Assembly (NCBI GenBank): GCA_041567895.1
Contig: JBFGAX010000005.1
Span: 1,818-65,817, forward strand
Direction: 5' to 3'
Source: Acidimicrobiia bacterium
GTDB lineage: Bacteria; Actinomycetota; Acidimicrobiia; Spongiisociales; SHLN01
Length of the DNA stretch: 64,000 nt
The notes under the pieces were generated by a model. It was not told where the DNA came from. It saw only the letters and a program-made list of their open reading frames with translations, and ran no database searches. This document shows, one piece after another, positions 10,109 to 18,843 of this stretch. Within the stretch, counting starts at the first letter, position 1; every line of letters begins with the position of its first letter. The translations under genes were made by a program, and so were the position numbers.

Positions 10109-10365
10109 ATACACAACGATCCCGATACGCGTTCCACTTCTGCAACGGCAGAACCACGAGCGGGATTTGAACCCGGGCGGATGCGAAGCAGACGCCGTGA
10201 GCAAAGCGAACGACTCCAAAAGCAAAAGGACAAATCCCGCCGTCCCGACACCAAAAACAGGTCGTGAGCAAAGCGAACGTCCGAATTACGGCCCCTGTAT
10301 CGGAGTTCCACCTCCGAAATCGAACCCCAGCAGCGGGATTTGAACCCGAGCGAACGCCGAAGCAG
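10109..10365 (+). repeat. tRNA-Pro-linked degenerate tandem repeat (period about 173 bp) with antisense T-arm copies and a 19-bp copy of the tRNA 3' end
   Basis: AGCGGGATTTGAACCCG at 10159 and 10332; CAAATCCCGCCGTCCCGAC at 10088-10106 and 10231-10249; GTGAGCAAAGCGAACG twice. Confidence 0.85.
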
Positions 10366-10540
10366 CATCATCTGATGGCATGCGCAGAGGCTTCAAGCCC
10401 CACAAAGCAAGTACAGCATCATCTCATGGCATGCGCAGAGGCTTCAGCATTGTCAAGATGGCATGCGCAGAGGCTTCAAGCCCCACAAAGCGAGTACAAC
10501 ATCACCTGATGGCATACGCAGAGACTCCAAGCCCACAAGG
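10363..10540. repeat. About 51-bp tandem repeat with core ATGGCATGCGCAGAGGCTTCA (4 cores)
   Basis: Cores at 10375, 10426, 10458 and 10509 (last one degenerate); intervals 51, 32 and 51 bp. Confidence 0.88.
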
Positions 10541-10578
10541 AAGCGCTGCGTCATCAAATCGAATACGTAGACACTTAA

Positions 10579-10609
10579 CCCCCTCAAAGGGGTCCAGCCC
10601 GTGAGGGGG
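10579..10609. other. Inverted repeat/hairpin closing the repeat tract
   Basis: CCCCCTCA (10579-10586) pairs with TGAGGGGG (10602-10609); no clear U-tract. Confidence 0.4.
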
Positions 10610-10642
10610 CAGCGAATATCCGGGAGTCCTAGCCTGGATGGT

Positions 10643-10987
10643 GTGCATGGGGACAACGCTTGGGAACGGCTGGCCGGGGCTTTGATTCCGGGACTTCCGC
10701 TGGTTGCTTATCTGACCATTGATCGACCATCGGCTGCGTTTTCCGTACGCGGAGCGCTGTTGATCATCTTGCTCGGGTGCGTAGTCATCGTCATCGCCGG
10801 AAGGCTGACCAGAACACGCGCAGTTCAGAGTCGTATCTTCGTAGTCATCGCCGCGCTCACGGTTACAGGTCTCGGGTTCGCTCATGCACTCGACGACTGG
10901 TGGATGGCTGCATTGGCCTCATTCACCGGTCTGATTGCGTTTGTGATAGCGCGATCAAAGGTACGGGAGTCATCGAGCGACTCCTAG
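10643..10987 (+). CDS. Small hypothetical membrane protein (about 4 TM)
   Basis: Hydrophobic helices; GTG 10643 lies 7 nt after TAGCCT. Confidence 0.6.
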   Translation: MHGDNAWERLAGALIPGLPLVAYLTIDRPSAAFSVRGALLIILLGCVVIVIAGRLTRTRAVQSRIFVVIAALTVTGLGFAHALDDWWMAALASFTGLIAFVIARSKVRESSSDS

Positions 10988-11907
10988 CGATTGTGGCCGA
11001 TCGTATTTGCCCACCTCGGTTCCAGGTGACGTTCTAGTTTCCGTAGACCGCCTGCCTCCTCAACCATCCTGGCCAGCCCGTAGAGCGCTCCCGCTCGCCA
11101 CTGTGCCGATCCCGCCCAGCCGATCGTCTTGGCAGAACCCTCTGCGTAGAGATCGGCAAGATATGCCGTCCAGGTCGGATCGGCATATTCGTGAGCGCGC
11201 AAGTCGCTGGCGGGTACATCGGTTTCGGCCCAACCGACGAGGACCGCCCTGCTGGTGTCACGCTCCACCCCCCAGCTCAGAAATTGGATATTCGAGATCG
11301 GAAGGTCGATCTGGGTTTTCGCGAGGCGGGCTGCCGCGGCATATGGATCGATCATGCCATCAAGCGTCATGTCCTCGTCTGACATGGGTCCGTCCACCGT
11401 CGCGGTCCATCGAGACGCTTCGCTCATCTCCTGCCGAACCACGGTCCAGGTGTGTGAGCCGTCACGTCGAAGCACCCACAACACGATGTGGAGCGTGTCG
11501 GGCAGCCATCCCGCGTCTGTCAGCAACGCAGAAAGCCGCCCGCGCGTCTGTCTGGCAGCGTTCCCGAGGTTGGTGTACGCAATTGAGTATCCGCAGAGTT
11601 CGTGACCGTCGCGTGCCGCAGCGAACTGTCCATCGGCAGAGAGTGCTTGTTTGGCACCACGTCTGGCAGCAGGAACGGTCAATAGCAAACCCAGAACGGC
11701 TACTGCACAGAGACCCGCTATGAATGCGAGGACGTCAATCATCCAAAGCGATAGAAGAACAGCACCCACGAGCAGAACCGCTGCCGCAATAGCAAAGATG
11801 CGCCTCGATCGAGGCGAATTCATGTTTTGCCGCGGTGTCATGAGTCTCCCGCCAAATGTGACTTCATCGAATAGGCGCCAGGCCATCACGATATCGGAGT
11901 CAACCAC
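10984..11907 (-). CDS. Hypothetical protein with two N-terminal TM helices and a possible degenerate NUDIX-like domain
   Basis: 307-aa ORF directly downstream of asd; start codon uncertain. Confidence 0.65.
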   Translation of the reverse strand: MVDSDIVMAWRLFDEVTFGGRLMTPRQNMNSPRSRRIFAIAAAVLLVGAVLLSLWMIDVLAFIAGLCAVAVLGLLLTVPAARRGAKQALSADGQFAAARDGHELCGYSIAYTNLGNAARQTRGRLSALLTDAGWLPDTLHIVLWVLRRDGSHTWTVVRQEMSEASRWTATVDGPMSDEDMTLDGMIDPYAAAARLAKTQIDLPISNIQFLSWGVERDTSRAVLVGWAETDVPASDLRAHEYADPTWTAYLADLYAEGSAKTIGWAGSAQWRAGALYGLARMVEEAGGLRKLERHLEPRWANTIGHNR

Positions 11908-11924
11908 TGTCCGTCAACCGATAG

Positions 11925-12956
11925 TCACCCTGCGATGAGCACCTCGGCGATTTCGACTGTGTTGAGCGCGGCTCCCTTTCGAAGGTTGTCACCCACCATC
12001 CACAGGCTGATGCCACCATCCTCGGACAACGTCGGCCGGATACGGCTGACCAGCACATCGTCGATGCCCGCCGAATCGAGCGGTGTGGCCACTCGGTCCG
12101 TCCACACCTGGACCCCCGGACCGGCATTGATGGCTTCGATGGCTTCCTGTGGCTCGACCGGTCGATCGAAATAGCAGCTTGCCGAAATCCCATGCCCGAC
12201 CATCACCGGAACACGCACGCAGGTCGGCTCCACGGCCAAAGTCGGCAAATCGAGAATCTTTCGAGATTCGTTCACCAACTTCCACTCTTCGCTGGTGTAG
12301 CCGTCCTCAGCCATGTCACCTGCGAACGGCAGGACATTCCAGCCGATGGGTCTGGGGTATACATCGACCTCGGGTTCCTCCCAGCCCCCGAATACGAGTG
12401 CATCCCGGTTCTTCTGAAACCATGCAACCTGGTCGACCAGCTCATCCATGGCAGCCATACCCGACCCGGACACAGATTGATAGGACGTAGCAACCATCCG
12501 CTCGAGCCCGGCGATTCTCGCGAGCGGCGCCACACCCATGAGCGCCACCATGGTGGTGCAATTGGGGTTTGCGATGATTCCGCCGTGTGTAAAGGCTGCG
12601 TGATCGTTCACTCCGGCGACGACCAGAGGGATTTCGGGATCAGAACGGAAGGCAGACGAATTGTCGATGACCACGGCTCCGGCGGCAGCAAACGACCCGG
12701 CATAGGCTCGTGAGCGGTCGGCTCCGGCAGAAAACAGTGCAATGTCGATCCCGGACGGATCGGCCGCAGCGAGATCCTCTACTGTGAGATCCCCCCACGC
12801 CGTCTCGACGACTGAGCCTGCCGATCGACTCGACGCCAGCAGCCGAAGATTGTCGACCGGAAATCGTCGTGTCGTGAGAATCTCGAGCATGGTCCTGCCG
12901 ACTGCTCCGGTGGCACCGACGATGGCGACGTTGTAGCCGCTTTTGCCCGACTTCAT
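11925..12956 (-). CDS. asd: Aspartate-semialdehyde dehydrogenase
   Basis: [41 protein letters not shown]. Confidence 0.97.
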   Translation of the reverse strand: MKSGKSGYNVAIVGATGAVGRTMLEILTTRRFPVDNLRLLASSRSAGSVVETAWGDLTVEDLAAADPSGIDIALFSAGADRSRAYAGSFAAAGAVVIDNSSAFRSDPEIPLVVAGVNDHAAFTHGGIIANPNCTTMVALMGVAPLARIAGLERMVATSYQSVSGSGMAAMDELVDQVAWFQKNRDALVFGGWEEPEVDVYPRPIGWNVLPFAGDMAEDGYTSEEWKLVNESRKILDLPTLAVEPTCVRVPVMVGHGISASCYFDRPVEPQEAIEAINAGPGVQVWTDRVATPLDSAGIDDVLVSRIRPTLSEDGGISLWMVGDNLRKGAALNTVEIAEVLIAG

Positions 12957-14185
12957 GCGTGCTCCTCAACTGGTTCATCGAGTGGAACCAACTCTGCGTG
13001 CAACGTTCGAACAGCTTCTTCGACCCGGTCAGCAGTTATGACACACGAAATGCGAATCGAAGATGTCGAGATCATGTGAATGTTGATCCCCTTGTCGCCG
13101 AGCGCCCGAAACATCGTCGCCGCGATACCAGGATTCGATCGCATTCCTGCTCCTACAACCGACACCCGAGCAATGTTGGGATCTGCATCGACGCCCCCTG
13201 CGCGAAATTCCGGTACCAGACGCTCACAAATTGCCAGCGCTGAGGCATTGTCGGCCTTGGGCACCGTGAAGCTGATATCGGTGACCCCTTCCATCGAAAC
13301 GTTCTGGACGATCATGTCCACGTTGATGTCTGCGTCCGCCAGATTCCCGAACAGCCGGGCCGCGACTCCTGGTTGATCCGGAACGCCGTGCACTGTCAGC
13401 TTCGCTTCGGAAACGTCGTGGGCGATGCCCGTGATGATGGCTTCTTCCATGACCGACTCCTTGACCCACGTTCCGGGCTGTTCATGAAACGACGATCTGA
13501 CATGGAGGGCTACGCCGAATCGTCTCGCAAACTCTACCGACCGCATCATGAGGACACCGGTGCCGGACGCGGCCAGCTCGAGCATGTCCTCGTACGAAAC
13601 CTCTTTGAGTAGCCGGGCATCGGTTACGACCCGGGGATCGGCCGTGTAGACGCCGTCCACATCCGTGAAGATCTCGCACGCATCGGCGTCGAGGGCGGCC
13701 GCCATTGCTACCGCCGTCGCATCGGATCCACCCCGTCCGAGGGTCGTGACATCTCTCGAATCCGGATCGACGCCTTGAAAGCCGGCCACTATCACGATTT
13801 TGCCCTGATCCAGATGCTCTCGAACGCGGTCGCCCCTGATGTGGGTGATCCTCGCCTCACCATGTGACGAATCCGTGAGAATTCCGGCCTGGGAGCCGGT
13901 GAGGCTCAGAACTTCGGCGCCCAGATCGTGGATCGCCATGGCAAGCAACGACATCGAGATTCGTTCACCCGCTGTCAGCAGCATGTCCAGTTCTCGAGGT
14001 GCTGGATGGCTCGACACCTGCTGAGCGAGCCCGATGAGCTCGTCGGTGAAGCTGCCCATCGCCGACACGACAACCACGACCTGATTGCCGTCAGTGGCGG
14101 CACCGACCACGCGGCTGGCGACGGACCGAATGCGATCAGCATCGCCGACTGACGTACCGCCATACTTCTGAACTACAAGTGCCAT
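12953..14185 (-). CDS. lysC: Aspartate kinase
   Basis: [30 protein letters not shown], two ACT domains. Confidence 0.97.
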   Translation of the reverse strand: MALVVQKYGGTSVGDADRIRSVASRVVGAATDGNQVVVVVSAMGSFTDELIGLAQQVSSHPAPRELDMLLTAGERISMSLLAMAIHDLGAEVLSLTGSQAGILTDSSHGEARITHIRGDRVREHLDQGKIVIVAGFQGVDPDSRDVTTLGRGGSDATAVAMAAALDADACEIFTDVDGVYTADPRVVTDARLLKEVSYEDMLELAASGTGVLMMRSVEFARRFGVALHVRSSFHEQPGTWVKESVMEEAIITGIAHDVSEAKLTVHGVPDQPGVAARLFGNLADADINVDMIVQNVSMEGVTDISFTVPKADNASALAICERLVPEFRAGGVDADPNIARVSVVGAGMRSNPGIAATMFRALGDKGINIHMISTSSIRISCVITADRVEEAVRTLHAELVPLDEPVEEHA

Positions 14186-14212
14186 GGCCCGGGCAGTGTA
14201 GAGGTCAATAAC

Positions 14213-15268
14213 TCAGGGGCTCTGGTCCTTCTCGCGCTCACGGGTGTCGATCGCTGTCGTCAACGTTTCGATGGTGCGCTTGAGCCGCACGGCGAGTTCC
14301 TGGTCCCCCTGCCTTTCGACTTCCTTCAGCTCGTTCTCGATGGCGGACTTCCGGTCCCGTAGTCGCTCGACGCTCTCGGCCATATCTGCCTTGTCAAACA
14401 TGACGGCCTCCGCATCGACCTGATCGGCCGTGGTGGCCGGCGGTCCTATGTCCGGAATGAATGGTTCGTCCGATGCCACCTGCCGTTGGTTCATGAACGT
14501 CGGTGACACGATTTCGATCTCTGCTCCGTGCAAGGCATCGATCATCGCCGTTCGCAGGCGAGAACGAGACGACAACAGAGTCTTCGGTGATTCGAGCAAT
14601 CCAGCGAGGCGATAACTGATCGAGTAGTCACCCAGCTCCACGATGTGAACGAACGGATCAACGAGGTCTGCCTCCAGTCCAGCCGCCAGCAATGCAACCT
14701 CCGCTGAACGGTGATCGACGTCATATCCGAGTGACACGGTTGCAGAGATGACTGTTCCGGTAGCTCGAACCACCGTCACCGGACTCGACACCAGGAGGAG
14801 GTTGGGAACGGTCGTGAGGTCCCGATCCTCGGTTTGGACCTCGGTGTGAAACAATCCCATGTCCGTCACCCGCCCGAAATGAGTATCGAAGCGGATGAAG
14901 TCTCCGGGCCGGAATGCCCGCCGGGAGCGCAGCATGAGCCCTGCGAACGCGTTACTGACATGAGTGGTCGCCGAAAGCCCGATCACGGCCGTCACGAGGA
15001 GACCGAACAGCTGGAGTAACGAGTTGCGCAAGTTGTTTTCGATCGGTAACGCGAGAATCACACCTACAACGGCGATACCTACGGCGAGCGTGACCAAAAG
15101 CTGCGCACGGATGTTGTCATGTTCAGACTTGAGATCTGCGCGGCGACGAAGGTATCGGGACCCGGCGACGTATATGGCGAGCAAGACCAGGACTGCGAGC
15201 GTGGCAGGCCAAACCGTGTTGATGACGTCGATCACAGGGGCAACGGTAGCCAGCCAGGTCGGCGCCAT
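14213..15268 (-). CDS. MscS family mechanosensitive channel
   Basis: 3 TM, SNAFAGLML..FRPGDFI, GRVTDMGLFHT, VPN. Confidence 0.88.
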   Translation of the reverse strand: MAPTWLATVAPVIDVINTVWPATLAVLVLLAIYVAGSRYLRRRADLKSEHDNIRAQLLVTLAVGIAVVGVILALPIENNLRNSLLQLFGLLVTAVIGLSATTHVSNAFAGLMLRSRRAFRPGDFIRFDTHFGRVTDMGLFHTEVQTEDRDLTTVPNLLLVSSPVTVVRATGTVISATVSLGYDVDHRSAEVALLAAGLEADLVDPFVHIVELGDYSISYRLAGLLESPKTLLSSRSRLRTAMIDALHGAEIEIVSPTFMNQRQVASDEPFIPDIGPPATTADQVDAEAVMFDKADMAESVERLRDRKSAIENELKEVERQGDQELAVRLKRTIETLTTAIDTREREKDQSP

Positions 15269-15311
15269 GCGGTTGAGTCACAAACCGTGAGGAGTCGTAT
15301 AGTTGCCCGCT

Positions 15312-16154
15312 ATGGGTACGGATAAACGACAACGTCAGAAGGAAAACCGAGCTCGAAAGATGGAGCAGCAGGCGAAACAAGCCGCCAAAGATCGCCGCGT
15401 TTCGAATCTCCGAACCCTCGTCACCCTGATAACAATCGCTCTCGCCATCGGAGCCGTGATCATCTTCTTCTCGAATCGTCCAGCCGAACTCACCGCCGAG
15501 ACCCTGGCGACCACCACCACCACGAGCACAGAGGCTTCGTCCACAACGATTGCCGACGATGCATCAACGGAAGGTTTGAGCGCCGAATACCTCGCTTTCA
15601 GGGAGCAACCGGTTGCGTGTGGTGCGCAAGCCCCACCGCCTCTGACGCCCATGTCGTTCGATGCCCCGGCCGACATGGGCATTGCGCCGGACGCGACTGT
15701 CACGGCGACCGTCTCGACATCGTGCGGCGACATGGTCCTCGAGTTGGATCCATCTGCAGCTCCTGAAACCGTCAACAGTTTTGTGTTTCTCGCGGAGCAG
15801 GGATACTTCGACGGCATCGTTTCGCACCGCATCGCGCCCGGTTTCGTGCTTCAGATCGGCGATCAAACCGCAACCGGGAGCGGTGGACCTGGCTACTCGA
15901 TCGTCGATGAGCTGCCCGCCGACAGCTCTGCCTATAAGGCAGGGTCTCTGGCAATGGCCAACAGTGGCGCAAACACCAGCGGTAGCCAGTTTTTCATCGA
16001 TTTCGTCGACACGGGACTGCCACCTCAGTACTCGGTCTTCGGACAGCTCGTTGAAGGAGACGAAGTTCTGGCCGCTATCGAGGAAATCCCGGTCTCTGGA
16101 GACACACCGCTGGAATCTCTGTATATCGAGTCGGTTGAAATAGACATCAGCTAG
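15312..16154 (+). CDS. Membrane-anchored cyclophilin-type peptidyl-prolyl isomerase
   Basis: N-terminal TM; APETVNSFVFLA, HRIAPGFVLQ.GD..GSGGPGY, LAMANSG..SGSQFF. Confidence 0.92.
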   Translation: MGTDKRQRQKENRARKMEQQAKQAAKDRRVSNLRTLVTLITIALAIGAVIIFFSNRPAELTAETLATTTTTSTEASSTTIADDASTEGLSAEYLAFREQPVACGAQAPPPLTPMSFDAPADMGIAPDATVTATVSTSCGDMVLELDPSAAPETVNSFVFLAEQGYFDGIVSHRIAPGFVLQIGDQTATGSGGPGYSIVDELPADSSAYKAGSLAMANSGANTSGSQFFIDFVDTGLPPQYSVFGQLVEGDEVLAAIEEIPVSGDTPLESLYIESVEIDIS

Positions 16155-16993
16155 TGGCAGTCGATCTGCATAGCCATAGCCACTTTTCGGATGGCTCTGC
16201 GTCGCCCACCGAGATCGTCGTGGCGGCCGTCAAGCTCCACCTCACTGCATTGGCACTCACCGACCACGACAACCTCAACGGGATCGACGAAGCGAAGCGG
16301 GCCGCCGAACAAGCGGGCCTCCAGCTCATTTCCGGCATCGAACTCAGCTGCCACTGGCAGCCGGGGGGCCTTCATATGCTCGTGTATTTTCTCGAACCGG
16401 GCAGCGGACCACTCCAGGATCGCCTTGCGGAACTCCAATCGAGTCGCACCAACCGCAACTACGAAATAGTTGCGAGGTTGAACACGCTCGGAATCGAGAT
16501 CACCATGGATGAAGTCGAGACGGAAGCAGGCGGGACCGGGATCGGGAGGCCACACATCGCCCAGGTTCTCGTCAATAGCGGCGTCGTGGAAACCATTTCG
16601 GAAGCCTTCGACAAATACCTTGCCAAAGGGCGACCCGCCTACCTCGAACGGGATCGGCTGGAACCTGAGGAGGCCATTGAACTTGCCACCGGATCGGGTG
16701 CCGTCACGTCGATCGCCCATCCCCATACGCTGGGGTTGGCCTCAGACGAGTTCCAACCACGGCTCAAGCGGCTACGCGAAGTGGGTCTTGTCGGACTCGA
16801 GGCGTATTACAGCGAATACGACCCCTTCGAACGCCGCCGAATGGCCGAGGTGGCCAACAGCATTGGCTTGATCCCAACCGGCGGATCGGATTATCACGGC
16901 ACCTACAAACGAGGCCTCGATCTCGGAAAGGGGTTTGGCGACCTGAGTGTCCCCGATGACACGGTCGAAAAGCTCCAACAGGTCGTCGGCTAG
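16154..16993 (+). CDS. PHP domain metal-dependent phosphoesterase
   Basis: DLHSHSHFSDG, LTDHD, GRPHIA, AHP, GGSDYHG. Confidence 0.92.
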   Translation: MAVDLHSHSHFSDGSASPTEIVVAAVKLHLTALALTDHDNLNGIDEAKRAAEQAGLQLISGIELSCHWQPGGLHMLVYFLEPGSGPLQDRLAELQSSRTNRNYEIVARLNTLGIEITMDEVETEAGGTGIGRPHIAQVLVNSGVVETISEAFDKYLAKGRPAYLERDRLEPEEAIELATGSGAVTSIAHPHTLGLASDEFQPRLKRLREVGLVGLEAYYSEYDPFERRRMAEVANSIGLIPTGGSDYHGTYKRGLDLGKGFGDLSVPDDTVEKLQQVVG

Positions 16994-16997
16994 AACA

Positions 16998-17026
16998 CTC
17001 AGCTCCGACGCTCACGCTGCCGATAC
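16998..17026 (+). promoter_or_regulatory. Possible FliA/WhiG (sigma-28)-type promoter
   Basis: CTCA-N17-GCCGATAC immediately before the kinase ATGs at 17027 and 17033. Confidence 0.35.
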
Positions 17027-18250
17027 ATGACCATGGGTACCAGCCTCGGCGAGCTCGGTCGCCGTTTTAGCCGCGCACGATCAATCGGGGGCCTGGGCTT
17101 TGCGGTTGCGATCGCCGTCATAGGCGGTTTCATTCATCCAGCCGTCACCCTCGTGGGGTTCGGAACGGCGCTGTACAACCGGGCCGAGGTCTACTACCGG
17201 AATCGCCATCCCGACACTCCGGTCTTCGTGGTGTTCGTGGCGGACGTCATCGTTGCAGGAATTGCCCTGTTGCTCATAGGGCCCATCATTTCGATCGTGC
17301 TGATGATGTACGTATATGTCCTCGTCACGTCCATATTCTGGGTGAGCCGGCTTCAGGTGTTGCTTCTGGGACTGACGCTCACGAGCTTCACTCTCGCCTC
17401 TGCAATCATCGACAACCATTTGATCGCGTTCGACAACAACCTCTTGCTCGCCACCTATGGGACTGTGGCTTGCTTCGGCGCCATGACTCTCTGGATGGCA
17501 GAGTCGGCCGCAGGAAGTATCCGGGCAAGCGTAGACATTGAGCGCGCGGCTCTCCAGAAGGAGCGAGAAGCGGGGCTACTCAAAGATCAGTTCGTCTCCA
17601 TGATCAGCCATGAACTGCGAACTCCGATCACCAGCCTCATGGGATTCTCGGAAACGCTGTCCGATTCGTGGGATGCTCTGGATGCGGACGAAACCAGGGA
17701 ATTCCTCTCGATCATCCACAGCGAAGCGGCCCATCTCCAGAGAATGGTCGAAGACATTCTTCTGATCCCGGGACTCGAGTCCGGGAGGCTGCCCATTGAC
17801 AACAGCGATTTTCCCCTCAAGTCGGCAGCTGCCAGTGTCATTCGTGCGATGTTCTCGGAAAGGTCGCCGTACTCGATTCAGGCCGATATTCCCGATGTCA
17901 TTTTGACGGGAGACGAAGGTAGAACGCAGCAGATTCTTCGGAATCTGCTACGAAATGCGCAAAAGTACGGCGGGCGCAACATCAGCATCACCGTCTCGGT
18001 AGAAGAAGGGATGGCAACGGTTCGGGTCATGGATGACGGAGCGGGGGTACCCATCAACGAACAGCAACGCATATTCGAAGCCTTTCAACAGCTCGACTCC
18101 ACAGATAGCCGCAAAGACGGGCTGGGCCTCGGGTTGCCCATATCGCGCGCGCTTGCCCGTGCCATGGGAGGTGACCTCTGGTATGAGAATTCACCCGGAG
18201 CCACCTTCGCCTTTTCCTTGCCAATGAGAACCATCCGGGCAGTCGCCTGA
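17027..18250 (+). CDS. Membrane sensor histidine kinase
   Basis: SHELRTP H-box, NLLRNAQKY N-box, DDGAG, GLGLGL; multi-TM N-terminus. Confidence 0.93.
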   Translation: MTMGTSLGELGRRFSRARSIGGLGFAVAIAVIGGFIHPAVTLVGFGTALYNRAEVYYRNRHPDTPVFVVFVADVIVAGIALLLIGPIISIVLMMYVYVLVTSIFWVSRLQVLLLGLTLTSFTLASAIIDNHLIAFDNNLLLATYGTVACFGAMTLWMAESAAGSIRASVDIERAALQKEREAGLLKDQFVSMISHELRTPITSLMGFSETLSDSWDALDADETREFLSIIHSEAAHLQRMVEDILLIPGLESGRLPIDNSDFPLKSAAASVIRAMFSERSPYSIQADIPDVILTGDEGRTQQILRNLLRNAQKYGGRNISITVSVEEGMATVRVMDDGAGVPINEQQRIFEAFQQLDSTDSRKDGLGLGLPISRALARAMGGDLWYENSPGATFAFSLPMRTIRAVA

Positions 18251-18430
18251 CCACCGATCGACAAGCGCACCATGCAGTCCCGGAGCCGCTAACTGCCAAT
18301 CCGACAGCTTCTCCGTGCTTCTACGTTCTTCGGTTTCATCGTCGAGGAGCTTTCGAACGGCCAGGGAGATGATCTCGATCTCAGCAGGAGTTGGATCCCC
18401 TTTGACCTGAATACGTATTCCGTCGCTCAC
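18191..18430 (-). CDS. Possible acyl-CoA carboxylase epsilon subunit-like protein
   Basis: IQVKGDPTPAEIEII..AV ... S.W pattern; GTGA overlap with mce; overlaps the convergent kinase by 60 nt. Confidence 0.45.
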   Translation of the reverse strand: MSDGIRIQVKGDPTPAEIEIISLAVRKLLDDETEERRSTEKLSDWQLAAPGLHGALVDRWSGDCPDGSHWQGKGEGGSG

Positions 18431-18843
18431 GGGCTTTCGACCAGCTCGATCAGTGTTCCGCCGAAGGCTCGAGGATGAACGAACGCGATACGTTTTCCCT
18501 GACCACCGATTCTCGGCTCGTGATCAACCAGCCGAGCACCCTGCGATTCCAAATGTCGCAATGCCATCTCGATATCGGCCACCGCGAACGCGAGATGGTG
18601 CATTCCCTCACCTCGTCGCTTCAGAAAACGTGCCACGGGACCGGCCTCGTCGATCGGCTGCAGCAGTTGAACGTACGATCCACCAACCGACAACATGGCT
18701 TCCTCGACTCCCTGGGACGCGACGGTCTCCCGGTGCATCGGTTCGACTCCGTAGAGCTCTTTGAACCTAGACAGGGATTCGTTCAGATCCTCTACGGCGA
18801 TTCCGACATGGTCGAGGTTTATCAACAACAGGTCGATGCTCAC
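18427..18843 (-). CDS. mce: Methylmalonyl-CoA epimerase
   Basis: DHVGIAV, QGVEEAM, GEGMHHLAF, AFVHP..GGTLIELVE. Confidence 0.92.
   Translation of the reverse strand: MSIDLLLINLDHVGIAVEDLNESLSRFKELYGVEPMHRETVASQGVEEAMLSVGGSYVQLLQPIDEAGPVARFLKRRGEGMHHLAFAVADIEMALRHLESQGARLVDHEPRIGGQGKRIAFVHPRAFGGTLIELVESP

Noticed and set aside
10088-10249. attL/attR of an integrated prophage or island (also 44811-44991)
   Set aside because: The tRNA 3'-end copies are only ~140 bp apart with no integrase or cargo; treated as tRNA-linked repeats, although an island scar cannot be fully excluded
10375-10529. CRISPR array
   Set aside because: The intervals are near-identical or only 11 nt, and there are no cas genes; it is a tandem repeat
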